A DNA stretch of 63,162 bases, the filler included, from Phoronis australis (Eukaryota; Animalia; Phoronida), in NCBI GenBank assembly GCA_002633005.1. It is 7 parts of 7 records of this genome, joined end to end, with 100 filler letters (N's around TTAATTAATTAA, not from the genome) between each part and the next. Parts side by side here need not be neighbours in the genome. Positions count along the whole stretch, not along the records: positions 1 to 10,551 come from NMRA01001747.1; positions 10,652 to 33,587 come from NMRA01001381.1; 5 more parts are not named here. One strand, written 5' to 3'. Both the position numbers and the translations under genes were made by a program. Numbering within the stretch: the stretch's first letter is position 1; each line of letters starts with the position of its first letter. Shown in pieces: positions 1-11,990 of this stretch. The notes beneath the pieces are model-generated. The model was not told the origin of the DNA and did not search any database. It saw only the letters and a list, made by a program, of their open reading frames with translations.

Positions 1-1337
1 AAAGGCAGGACAAAGGCAGACTTTACCACAGGCCAGATCACAATCAGTATACAGGCCATAGGAAGGTACAAAGTCATGTACTAACATTCAACAAAGTCAA
101 CGTCAAACTCCGTCACAATGGTTCGTCACCAAACTCCTCTCCCGGCCTCCTATGACCCTTTCCCGCACTGAAGTAAACAGACCTATTCAGTCATTAATTT
201 CACTTTGGAAACACATTGGGTTGGGGCCCATGAGAACATCTTTAGAAATGTGAAGCACGAGGTTGTGTTATTTCATTTTCATTGAGCCATGTAAGGAGTT
301 AGGTTTGAATATCTGTAAAAATTTACTAAATAACTGGACCAATGATTTGTACCGCTGAATTTTCACTAACTTACAGTGACTAAAAACAACCGATTCCACT
401 TCCAGCGGCCGTCAGAGTTCTATGTACTAATGGCCACCTGCACGTAGGAATTATGTTTGTTTTCCCAAATTAGGAGTAAGAAACGGATACCACACTAATT
501 ATTAAGTTGTTCAATGGTTTGGAAACAAAACTGTTCCAGCTCACTGGATGAGGCGTACCCGAACCGTGTCACTGAAGTGAGTGCCAGTGGGTGCGCAGCT
601 CCTCGCGCAGACCTCACTACCGTTGTGGGGTGCGTTCGGATCAGTGGTAACTCCCTTGGATACGAGCAACTCGGAAAACTAGCAATGCTTTGCCCGGCCC
701 CACTGCGTCATATTCTACGGGTATGATGAGTAGCAAACTGAAATTAGGTCGCGATTTCCGGAAGGCAATAGGAAGCATTTTACGGGCTCCCCTTTTAGAA
801 AACTGGTTGAGTTTCGCCAATGGCATGTCAACACCTTTCTGAATAATCGTAAGTGGTGAATAGATATTTTTACCTAGTAATGCCCGCATTTCTTATGATG
901 TACATGATCTAGAGCCGTGTAGTGAAACACAGAACACGCCACGGCATTTTTCATTTCCAGCGCCGGCTTTACCCAGGCTCAGCCGAAGTCCAAGAAACGC
1001 ACTTTTTTGATTTAGATCATTTACGCTATGGATTTGACATCAATTTCTTCTTTACTCAGATGAGGAGTGAGTTTTAGGTTTGTATGGAAGAACACGTTAG
1101 TCAGGCCCTGACACCGTGTTCGGTATAGCCCCTCAACCCCTCCCCGCCGGACCCCGCGCCCTGGCCGACAGGCCAACTCGATACGTAGAGCTTGAACTTG
1201 ATCAACAGCAATCTGTCAGTTATTTTGAAACCCTGAAAAGACATCAAATTTGAGACCAATAGCGGAGTTGCAACGCCGCCAAATTGGAAATGGGTCAGAA
1301 TGTTGCATTGTGGTTAAGCCGGTAAACAAGTACGTAT

Positions 1338-3094
1338 AGACCCTATTCACGCCGACAGGAGGCGCGTTCCAAAACGAGGCTCACTACGATAGCTCTGGTG
1401 GCTTACTGTATCCGCGTAGTTGTACTCCGCGGTGCTCGACAGCTAGAAAACTGAAAATACGGACGCTCTGTTTTACAATCCCTAAGGAAGTTGGGATTCG
1501 GAAGCGTTGGGTCCATGCCATACGCTGCGACGAAGGCAAATATGTCCGTGTAAAATTTATAACTGTTTTCGAATCATAATTTGTCGCATCTCGGACTGGA
1601 TGCCGCCATAGCAGTCGAGGACCGGAGAATCTTCGGCCAGCCAGGCTGTGTTTTCATGACTATGGGTTAAAGCGCGATGCATTTTTCTTTACAAAAAGGG
1701 CAGGGCCCTCAATCCCTCGATTTTGGGGCCAAATATCGGCCCTATTCCCCTCTCAAAAATATTGAAAAATCACGCGAATTTGATCCCGGCCACGAGGCCT
1801 AAAAATCACCTTTGTGATTGAAATTTCTCTCCAACGGTTCACATTACCTGTCATAGGCGGATTTAGGGGGGGGCAGGGTCCCCCCCTTGACTGCCACAAG
1901 CAAAATAAACCAGCAAAACATGAAGCGGGAGGAAACTTGTACTGAGTTCGAGCTAGGACTGGTAGCGGACGAGGGGGCGGGAAAACACCTACGTTCCGTT
2001 TTATTTTTTTTAGTCCAACGACAGATTTCCTGAGTAGAACGTATACATCCTCGGCGCCCGCATCTTCCGGGCCGCCTGCGTGCATACAGTACAATCGCGC
2101 GTAATTTGCCCGCTTCTCCGAGGATGTCGATCCCCCCCCCCCCNNNNNNNNNNNNNNNNAGAGTATTAGCCAGGATTTTGCCAGTCAGAAATTCGCGCTC
2201 CTGAACTGCCAAATGCCGGAATCTGGGAGAATTTTAGGGGGGGGGAGGGCTGGGGCATAGCCCCTTGGCTCCCCTCTAAATCCGCCACTGTGTTCTGTCC
2301 AGTTAACTGAAATTGAGCTCTAATACGAGGTCATGCTTTGGACGAAAGAATTAGGTGTTTTAATTTTAAAATTCAACTTGGTCGAGATTGATATTTGAAA
2401 AATATAACACATGAAATAGACGAAATTATTAATACCAAGAAAGCAGAATTGATAGTCATAATTTTTATTTTCAATTGCGAGCCTAGTTTTTTATCATAAT
2501 CAAAATATATATTTAATAATATCAAGTATTATTTCAGATCAATGACAAATCAACTGTTAGGCCCGGCCGGTAGTGCCTACCTCACCAGGACTTAGGCTAT
2601 GCTTGAAGCTAATAGGCCTACTCTTGATCAACAAATTAAACCAGATGAGACTTGCACATGACAGCAAAATGCTATGAGCCACCACTGTCGAATATATCTT
2701 CAACTCGTCAACAATACGACCAGATGACCCGGTTCGTGTAGAAAACATTTTTATCAAGAATTTATTAGAAGAAACGTAACCCTGCATTCAGCATGATACC
2801 TAATCCGTAACACTACTATCGCTGCAATTTTTGTCATGTTTACTTTTTATGTTTCGAACCTAGTTTTCCGGAAAAAACTATATCCTTTCGTCAGACAACT
2901 CTTTGGTGCATTGACTTGTTCTTTAACTGTATTTTTCTACGTCTCTGTGGTTAATTATTGACACATTTTTAAGATTTAATATTCAGGTTGGACTCCAAAG
3001 ACCGGCCATTTAACTCGCGCAATGCAACTTTCCGCTTTGTTTATCGTAGTGAGCCTCGCTTTGGATTTTAATGTCCGCCGCGTGAATAGAGTCT
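1338..3094. mobile_element. Internally deleted ISL2EU-like (PIF/Harbinger-related) DNA transposon
   Basis: About 55-bp imperfect TIRs: AGACCCTATTCACG...CGAGGCTCACTACGATA (1338-1391) vs reverse complement of 3042-3094. AT flanks both ends (1336-1337, 3095-3096). THAP-like remnant at 1412-1549 (+): SCTPRC...FTIPKEVGIRKRWVHAIRCDEGKY. Confidence 0.7.
1852..2290. mobile_element. hAT-like MITE nested in the ISL2EU-like element
   Basis: TIRs CATAGGCGGATTTAGGGGGG / CCCCTCTAAATCCGCCACTG. Putative 8-bp TSD is only 5/8 identical (TTACCTGT / TGTTCTGT). Small N gap inside. Confidence 0.6.
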
Positions 3095-3121
3095 ATAACA
3101 GCTAAAGTGGTGTATAAAAAG

Positions 3122-3436
3122 CCCGGGGGTCACTCATAATGACAGAGTACGTGCCCGCAGGCGTGTACGTACCAAAAATTGCTGAGAGTCGGACCCCCTG
3201 TTGCGGGTGTCAGCGGGTCTCAGTGTTAATTCCCATCCTCTTTTGCGGCGTAGATTTTTCTGTAGGAAGACGGGTAGGGCGCCGTTTGCGGGGCTGAGGG
3301 CAAAATGCCTTTTGAGGGGATAAAATGGAAATTTAGGGGCCTCATTGAACGGCGCGCGGGTCTTGCAAAACTTGCAGCTAGGAAACACCTAACCGCATTT
3401 TTGGTACGAGCCTGCGAGTACCTTGTCAGTTGAGTG
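3122..3436. mobile_element. Degenerate MITE (CCCGGGGGTCACTC-type end)
   Basis: Imperfect inverted repeats: CACTCA..TGACA..GTAC..CGCAGGC..CGTACCAAAAAT (3131-3179) vs reverse complement of ~3397-3436. Confidence 0.45.
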
Positions 3437-4744
3437 TTTTTGTGTTGGAAGTACGGCCGGGTTTACAGTACTGGCCTAAATGCGACGAACTAGTCGCCAT
3501 ATTGGTCTGTTTTTGGATTTGAATTGAAAGGGGTTGTCATGATTTCAGCAAAGTACTTGAAGAATAACCATACTGGAGTGGGATCGGTTCTGGCGATGCA
3601 TGATTAGAATAGCTGCGATCACGACATTGAATTTTGCCCGCGTTGTCCAAGCTATGTAGGCTACACGCAAACGATTGCAAACACTGAGGATAATAGGGAT
3701 AAAAAGCCAATCCCATTTGGTGATTGTGCAGTCTATTTTGGTATGATAGTGGTTTATGACTAATTGTCATTCACAGACATTCAGGTCAAGCTCTAGTCAC
3801 ATGACTGCGTTGCAAAACTACCGTATTTCCTTGTTAGGTCAACTGACGCCTGAGTAAATAAGATGTTTTCTTAATCACAAATAAAATTTGTATTATCAGA
3901 ACATTTTAGGGACCATGAATTCAGTGGACTATTCGTCGGTCAGCCTTATTCGCTTGTACACTTTGATAGTGGCTTATTGTCTCTTCCACGATATCACAAG
4001 TGAGACGGTTTCGATTGTTTTACGGTAGGTTCACGTTTATCCTTCGCCGGGTTTTTATCGGGTTCACACACATCGATCCTACAGACAAACACCACATTCC
4101 TTGCACCACGTGGGGTTGTGAAACCGAAACTTTCCAGTTGCTTGTGGTTGTATATAAATCACCGTCTGCAGCCCACTTGACGCAGATCTGAAGGTAGTTG
4201 CAGTGAACGTTACAGCAACTGGTAGAAACATGTCGTCAGCTCTTCTGTGGTGTATGGCTTTGCTGGTTGGAGTGACGCTTGGAGCGAATCTGGGCTCTAA
4301 GGACTTGCCTCGAGGTAATGTAACAAAGTCAAACAATTGAGAGGGTGAAGCCTGGTCGAGCTGTGACAGCGCCAATCCATGACAATCTCTTGTCTCGCCG
4401 GGAGTTGAGAAAACGGAGTAGGCCTCATCGTCTCTGCTCGGTTTGAGTTTGAGTTTGCTGGGTGTAGTGTCCGTTTGGGGTACACGCTAGAGCGGCATCT
4501 TATAGGCCTGCAAAACGACTCCATCTCCTCTCAGACTATTTGAAAGTTGTTATGGAATTATTATATACTCTTTACACAACGTAAGATTCGAGAACACTCC
4601 CATAAAACTGATTCATTGCAAAATATGAACAAGCATTGAATTAGACCTACTGCTCGGATCGCCTTACACGTATACTTTTGTTTTGCTTCCATTCACTCGC
4701 CCAGTCCAAAAAAATCAATCACCCTTCATCCGGGTTGCACACAC

Positions 4745-5031
4745 GTAAATTGTCAAGGTACCTAAACTACACTGCCGGTCAACGGACTTATAAACACGGG
4801 CACGGACGCTTGAACACGACTCACGGACCTGCAAACACCGTCCACTGACTCACAGACACGGGAACGGACTCACAAAACACGATCCACGCACCCAAATACA
4901 CGGGAATTGGAATCTTATTCACGAGGAAACACGGTTAACGGACTCATCGGCTTCCTGGGTAAGCTGACATCTTCATTTTGTCCGTTTATGAGTCCGTTGA
5001 CCGTGTAGGTTTAGGTACCTTGATTATTTAC
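4745..5031. mobile_element. MITE with ~50-bp TIRs and internal degenerate ~20-bp tandem repeats
   Basis: GTAAATTGTCAAGGTACCTAAACTACAC..GGTCAACGGACT is mirrored at 4984-5031. ACAC flanks both sides. Internal AAACACGGG/CACGGAC repeats. Confidence 0.65.
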
Positions 5032-5749
5032 ACACGCTTTATGCATGTGTGTAAGTAGCGTATCGCATTTCCACGTCACCCTGATTCATTTTGGTCAGGC
5101 GCCGCTGCATTGGCGTGGCATAGCCAAGAAGTTTAATTCTTTTGAGGCCTAAAATCGAGCGACCGTGAGTTATGCAATTTCCGTCTGCAATTAACATTTA
5201 GTAGGGTGCCAAGTGTCCTATTAAGCAATTTATCAGCAGAACGCATGACACTGCGTCGGTTTATTGCTAGTTTGAAAAAAATACCTTTATTTAAAAAAAT
5301 TCAGAGATCAGTGTTCATTAATTAGTAATTCAGTAATTCAAGTGCAATTAGAAAAGAAAAGAATAGAACGGATTTGAATGGAGTATTTTGTATTTCAGAG
5401 TAGACTCTGTTAAAACATACAGTTGTTCATATCTATGATAATATCTACGATCTATAATGTGATAATTAAGATTATGGAACCTTACAGCTTAAAATGTAGA
5501 CTCTAAAAAAGCAAAATTACTGAGAAAAAGGCTAAACTGTAGATTGCATGAATGTGGTATATAATGAATGTAACCAGTTCAAACGAAGGCTGGAATTGAA
5601 ATTTGAAATACAAATGAAAGTCATGAACAAGTTGTAATAAGCGTACGGGGATCGTCAGAATCAAAAAGGCAATGTAGGAAACAAAAGATAAGTTTCCGCA
5701 TAGTAGCTTTGCACGAAGGAAAGTAAAAATGGATCACACTAAAGAGGTA

Positions 5750-6050
5750 CTCTCAAAATTTGAGAAACTAAGAAACCGCTTAAATACAATGTGTTAACAT
5801 CGTTGAGATTTAAATTTCCACCACAAATAGGAAATATTTTTAAGATTAACCTCAATTGAACACGTGAAGTTTTCTAACAACTGTTAGTGCCAGTATATAA
5901 CTGCCTATGCTTGGGTATTGTCAAAATATGGCCAAAGTATTTAACCTGTCTGAACTAGTCCTGAGTATATGTAAATTTGCGGGAAATGTTATTTTTTATT
6001 TCAAAACAAATAGAGCAAATTATTATCACGCACTACATGTGGAATGTTAC
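5750..6050 (-). mobile_element. Heavily decayed non-LTR retrotransposon ORF2 fragment
   Basis: Minus-strand remnants RQVKYFGHIL, RQLYTGTN, CSIEVNLKIF resemble the VKYLGH...RQLY.R.N...CS.EVK..LF end of LINE reverse transcriptases. Many stops and frameshifts; coordinates approximate. Confidence 0.4.
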
Positions 6051-7198
6051 TACTGAAATATAGGTTTATAACAAGTCCTAGGAAAATCACCCACAATGTA
6101 ACACAGATATACCTCTTCATATTTCAAGGTATATCATAAAACGCATGTTCTAACCTGGAATAAAAACAGGGTTTGCCGTTATTTGTTGCACCTTTGTTGG
6201 TGGGTTGAATGGGATAAACTATTTCTAAATATTTCCACGCCTCACTGAAAAAGACGAATTTATACACACTTTTGAACAAGTCTTTGGAGGGAAACATGGA
6301 CATAATGTAAACATATCTAGAAGAAATTTCTTTTTAGAACTGCATACCGGTTTTTATTAGATGAGAAATGAAATATGTGATAAATGATTGAAAAATAACT
6401 GTAAACAAGGAAATAAAATTGGTCTGCACAGTAGGTCAACGTGAAAGGGCAAATACCCTGTTTTGTAAAACACTCCTGTACATGACTCGATAATAATAGT
6501 CTAGACACATTTCCTGAAAAGAGCCCTGTATATGGTTCTAGAAGCATTTTTTAGTAAAAGTTGGGAACAAGACTTTTGCACACAATCAAGGTATGGCGAA
6601 TTCAACTAACCCTGTTCCCAAGCCGAATTTTGCATTTTTGACCATCTAATTTGCATAAACAAAATGGCGGCCAAACTGTCAAGTTCAGATGTATTTTGTA
6701 ATAGAAATCGCCATATACCATTTAAAATGATGAAATGTCTCACCTGTACACTTCTTATGAATACTTCTTGAGCAATACATCACTTATGAAAACTAAGAAA
6801 TGCAACTCTGAAAACTAATTATGCAAATTAGGTGCCGCCATTACCATACAATGTAATTTGCGTCATAAGTTTGTGTTCCTGCAGGCTAACTTGAAAAATG
6901 AGGTGTTTACACTTATATTTTCATGGTCAACAAAAACGCTAAAGACATTTTTGGAGCAATTGATTTCATATTTATTGGGTTATAGATGTATACTTACAGA
7001 ATGTGGAATCGCTTGTAATCTCTGTTGAAATGGCCGGCCAACCGACAAATCGACTAATTTTACAGTATAACATGGAAAGCCAAAGCGAAAAATTCCAGGA
7101 CAGAAATTTTCTATTCAAGAATGAAATTCTCTGTAGGACCAAAAAATAAACTCAAAACCAAAATTTATTGCGCCAGAACCTATGATTTATCACGTCAG

Positions 7199-7430
7199 GA
7201 CCAAAACGTAACATGTCAGTACCAAAACTTAACATGTCAGTACCAAAACTTAACATGTCAGGACCAAAACTTAACATGTCAGGACACAAGATTTATCACG
7301 CCAGGACAGAAAATGTATCACGCCATTACATAGAATTTCTTGCCAGGAGAAAATTTCTTCCCATGAGAAAATTTCTTCCCATGAGAAAATTTCTCGCCAG
7401 GAGAACATTTCATGCTAGGAGAAAATTTCC
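7199..7430. repeat. Tandem repeats: 21-bp unit x4, then 18-bp unit x~5
   Basis: ACCAAAACTTAACATGTCAG(T/G) repeated at 7199-7283; AAATTTCTTCCCATGAGA-like repeated at ~7335-7430. Confidence 0.85.
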
Positions 7431-10338
7431 ATACAGGCCGGGTAGTAGTTACAAAGGTTATACCTCACAAACCCGCCGTATATCACAATATTTGTTTTGA
7501 TTTAGACCATTTGCGTTTATGAACTTCATTGGTCTCAAATTGTTCCTTTAGTCGATCTGTTTCAGGGCTTTGAAGAAGCGTCGTGACCTGATACTTTATG
7601 ACACTCCGCGCACAATGCTGGTAATTTTCAATGCAAGTTACGAGCACCGACATTACCCGCTCAGTATCAGGAAGCCATAAAGTATTGTTATAAGCTGCGC
7701 TCAGCATCAGAAAGCCATAAACTCAAACTATCTTTATAAGCTGGCTCACCTTATCTAGATTGGTTTCTGCCGAGATGAATGTATTAAAGGCACCACGTGT
7801 AAAATGTGGTTTTGCGTGATTTTACGCCATAAAATGAAAAAAAGTATGTCGAAAATACTGATCTCCGATTTCAGAGTAAAAATTGTGCTCGTTCTATTAA
7901 AACAGCTTGGTTGTAAAATTAGTTTAGCGACGGTGCAGTGAACAGAATATTCAAACCGATCTACATGTAGATAGGTATGGGCATGTTGCCTTTGTGCGCA
8001 TGCGTCGCTTTCCGGTTACGCCGGAATGTTGGCTCGGTCTGAAGAAAAAACAAACTGTCAGTTGTTCCCGAACCCAGAGATCACTTTGAAAATGAATAAG
8101 GAACGATAAAACACTCACTTTATTACGCAAAGCTTGTGTTTTTACAGTAAGCACCAGTTTAGTGCCGCTTGTAAGTGTGAAAAACATATGGAAGACCTTC
8201 CAACATTTGTTAAAGTGAATTCAAAAAGAGTGCAAAAACTGTTTGCTTCTATGGTAGTATCAGGTTTGCCTCACTGTTATGATATACAGTCACCCGGAGC
8301 CAATCGAGAAGGCCGCCAAATAACGCACATCCGGCTTGATTGGGATGGCGCGCGATCGGCGTACTTGATCCATCGTTTTTCAAACAACAATTCGTTGTAC
8401 TCGGTTTTCAAAACACCTGACACTAAATCCAGTTTTTCCATTACTCGACCAATTTTATTTTATTTTTAAAAACAAAGCAATGCTATGTACCCTTGTCACT
8501 ACCCTACGAAATGTGGAGCCAATTTAACCGCGACGAACGCTTGGCACGATTGAAAGATGGCCGACCACCAACCATGGGATGCCACTTTGTGACATGAAAT
8601 GTTTCATCTTCATGTTTTTTTCTTTCATGGGACGTAGCAGAAGTGGAATAGCTGGTACCCTACACTCGTTCAGGCGAGTTCTTGCGAGATCACACTCGCT
8701 CAAGCGCTTAGCGAAATGTTGCCGAACATAACAAGCAGAAAGTGACTCGGATCTCACGACATAACCTTTCACTCAGCCTTCAAGTTCTCGTGTACCATAA
8801 CGGCCTTGCCCCCTATGCAATTTTGGTTGAAATCTCAGCTTTTTCTGGTTTAAATCGCAAATTTCCTTTTTCATATTTAAGAGGGGCATTTCCTTTCCAG
8901 ATTGTTACCACTACCATAAACGTGGTCACACCAAACCAGGGTTCTTCGAGATCTATCTTCAAGACGACACTCCAGCGAAGGTATGTTCTCCGTTTTTCGA
9001 CTGTCTCCTTCACAAACCCTCCANNNNNNNNNNNNNNNNNNNNNNNNNNNNNNNNNNNNNNNNNNNNNNNNNNNNNNNNNNNNNNNNNNNNNNNNNNNNN
9101 NNNNNNNNNNNNNNNNNNNNNNNNNNNNNNNNNNNNNNNNNNNNNNNNNNNNNNNNNNNNNNNNNNNNNNNNNNNNNNNNNNNNNNNNNNNNNNNNNNNN
9201 NNNNNNNNNNNNNNNNNNNNNNNNNNNNNNNNNNNNNNNNNNNNNNNNNNNNNNNNNNNNNNNNNNNNNNNNNNNNNNNNNNNNNNNNNNNNNNNNNNNN
9301 NNNNNNNNNNNNNNNNNNNNNNNNNNNNNNNNNNNNNNNNNNNNNNNNNNNNNNNNNNNNNNNNNNNNNNNNNNNNNNNNNNNNNNNNNNNNNNNNNNNN
9401 NNNNNNNNNNNNNNNNNNNNNNNNNNNNNNNNNNNNNNNNNNNNNNNNNNNNNNNNNNNNNNNNNTCCCCCCCCCCCCCCCCCCGACATTTTATTTATCA
9501 AAAATTTCTGCCTGCTGGGTTGGCTGGACATTTTGAGATTTCCTCTGATTGTGGTGGCAATGAATGGCTGTTTGCTGCCTCCTTGACCTACTTTTCTTGC
9601 AGTATGGCTTACTACCACTTCCTGGCGGCAAAGCAAGTTTAAACAGGAAGTTAGGTATCCCTCAGACTTTTCACACCAGCAGGAAAACGCACTAGTGGAC
9701 ACCAATTGTCTTCTCAATTTTTGGAATCTGATGTGATTTTGCATTCTGAGTGCGTTGTCTGCTGGTGCCTTGTAGTCGCGTACAAGTGGTGGTTTTAGTT
9801 TGCCTGTTTTGCTCGTTTCAATCGGGATGGCCGACTAGGTTTGCCGTGCCCTTTAAAACAAATGAAACGCACTTTGAATGTAAGTGCCTTAGACTGTAGA
9901 GAAGCTCTGTGTATTGTCAGTATCTGCATACGGTTCATATTTTCTAGTTATGTTTTAGAAAAGAAATAAAGCGCTTTCCGTCAGTAGTGATAATGCCCGG
10001 GAGGCAAAAATGAGGAAAAACTAAAAGTGAGTTCTATCTAAGGTGGCAATTGATTTCGCCAGGAAAATCGTTATACTTGCATCTACGATTAAGCAGGCTT
10101 TTTGAAGCTAAAATGCACTAAAATGGAGTGATTCTTTAAATTTAAGCTTACTAGTATTTTCGCTTAAACAGGTTTAACGAGAACTTTACTGTGTTGAGGT
10201 ATTCACTTTTGTGTGTGCAATATTTGTTTTGGATTTGGTTCTGTGCGCTATACATGTAGTTGACTTGTTTGCGTGAGTGTATTAAAAATCGATCGTTTTG
10301 AAGTCCCAATTTAACCGATTTTCATACAATTTTCCCAG

Positions 10339-10551
10339 GCTACCGGCGCTTAACCATTAAACTCCAAGACTGGCACGGCAACGACCGTCAAGCTGTGTAC
10401 GATTACTTTTACGTGGCGGGACCTTCTCTAGGCTACAAATTGACCGTGTCACACTTCAACTCGGCGTCGTCGAACGTACCAGACGATTTGTCACACAACA
10501 ACGGCATGCCCTTTGCCACCTACGACCGCCCTGATCGCTACAACTGCGCCG
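10339..10551 (+). CDS. Internal exon of a fibrinogen-related domain (FReD) protein, truncated by contig end
   Basis: Acceptor TTTCCCAG ends at 10338. Translation YRRLTIKLQDWHGNDRQAVYDYFYVAGPSLGYKLTVSHFNSASSNVPDDLSHNNGMPFATYDRPDRYNCA fits the FReD pattern L.I.L.DW.G...A.Y..F.V....Y.L.V...D.L..HNGM.F.T.D....NCA. Confidence 0.88.
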
Positions 10552-10651
10552 NNNNNNNNNNNNNNNNNNNNNNNNNNNNNNNNNNNNNNNNNNNNTTAAT
10601 TAATTAANNNNNNNNNNNNNNNNNNNNNNNNNNNNNNNNNNNNNNNNNNNN
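10552..10651. other. Artificial contig spacer
   Basis: 44 N + TTAATTAATTAA (stops in all six frames) + 44 N. Confidence 0.97.
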
Positions 10652-11990
10652 CGTCTCATTAGTAGACAATCAAAGTCAAATGAAATGTTGAAGTTCTTAT
10701 TTAGGAATTTTGGATATTCGAAGTAGTCAACTTTGGAAGGTGGTGAACATTCGGAGTAGTGAACCATCTGACGGTTTCCGGGACACCGGAAGTCACGGGG
10801 TTGTTTGTAAACTACAGTGTACTACTTCATTTGCATGTTCACAATTGAATTAGACGTGGCATTTGAACTTGGTTATGATTGGGGTTAGTAGTACTAGTAG
10901 CTGCAACAATGTTGTTGTTGTTTTTGTCTATCTATATCCTATCTTAACCTATCACCGGGATAGGCTAGTGCTCTACCGTTTCCGCCTTTAGTCAATTAGG
11001 GACAAGTATTTTAACAAATCCCAACCCCATCTGCGCTTGGAGTTAAAAGAATGTAAGTACAAATAATGTGGTAGTTTGTCACTGAGATTAGAAAAGTGAG
11101 TGCAACAAAAAGGCTCGTGAACTGGCAGAAAAGAAATTCAAGAAAATGGCGTAATCGGTGTAATGTGTTATTCTCGCGCCAAACCTTGCGGTCTGTTTTA
11201 TGTGAATTTCAGCTAATTCCTCCAGTTCTAAGTCCGCTAATCCTCGAAGTTTACTGCTGGGCAATTTACGTGGTTTACGTCATGGGAGTAATAGCATTTG
11301 CAGCACAGCACGTTTTTGGCCGGGAATCCGATTGCAGAGTCATCTGACATTTTTATCAAAATACTATATATATAGGAATGAGTTACTTTCTACAGGTATT
11401 GATGCATAATCAGACGACAACAGTAAGCTGTACATTGTAAACACCACCGGCTCAACGCGAAATCGTACATTTTCTAATGACGAGTTCAGACAGTCATGCA
11501 AAACTCGAGTACGACGAGTCCTTGCGGATATTTTGAGAGTAGGCATCACAGAATGCTACATAACATAAACAACAAATATGCAGATATCAATTATACTACT
11601 CATGCCCGCGCTAACTAAGTTACATCGTGGTACTCAAACATAAAAAATAAGTAAAACAAGAACAAAGTAAAAATGACACTCTAAGTTTATCGTTGTGTCA
11701 AAATTCAGTGAACTCTCTTGAGCATAGTCAGTATACGAGTAATATAATTAAGGTCACATTCAACGACTACTCTTCCGCTGAGTGCATGCCAATAATTTCA
11801 TGGAAAAAGTCATTTGTAACAACTAAAATATATCCTACAGTAGGCCGTGTAGGGGGAATTTTCGCCGATTTAGCCCATGACCACGCCGTACTCCTCATGA
11901 CCAGCCCTAACAAGTAGTGCAGGTCCCTACACCCTTAGTTTGCGGCCTAGTTAGCGCTTCGGCCAATTGCTTGTTGAATGCTACTTATAT

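Noticed and set aside
7121-7500. Repetitive ORFs (QNLTCQY / PKLNMS / RKFLPM)
   Set aside because: By-products of 21- and 18-bp tandem repeats; no splice or homology support.
8742-9744. Long ORFs of 219-264 aa
   Set aside because: Their length comes from the run of N.
7784-9856. Possible single TTAA-flanked Kolobok element spanning the N gap
   Set aside because: The ends (AGGCACCAC vs AGGGCACGG) match poorly and a 442-N gap lies between them.
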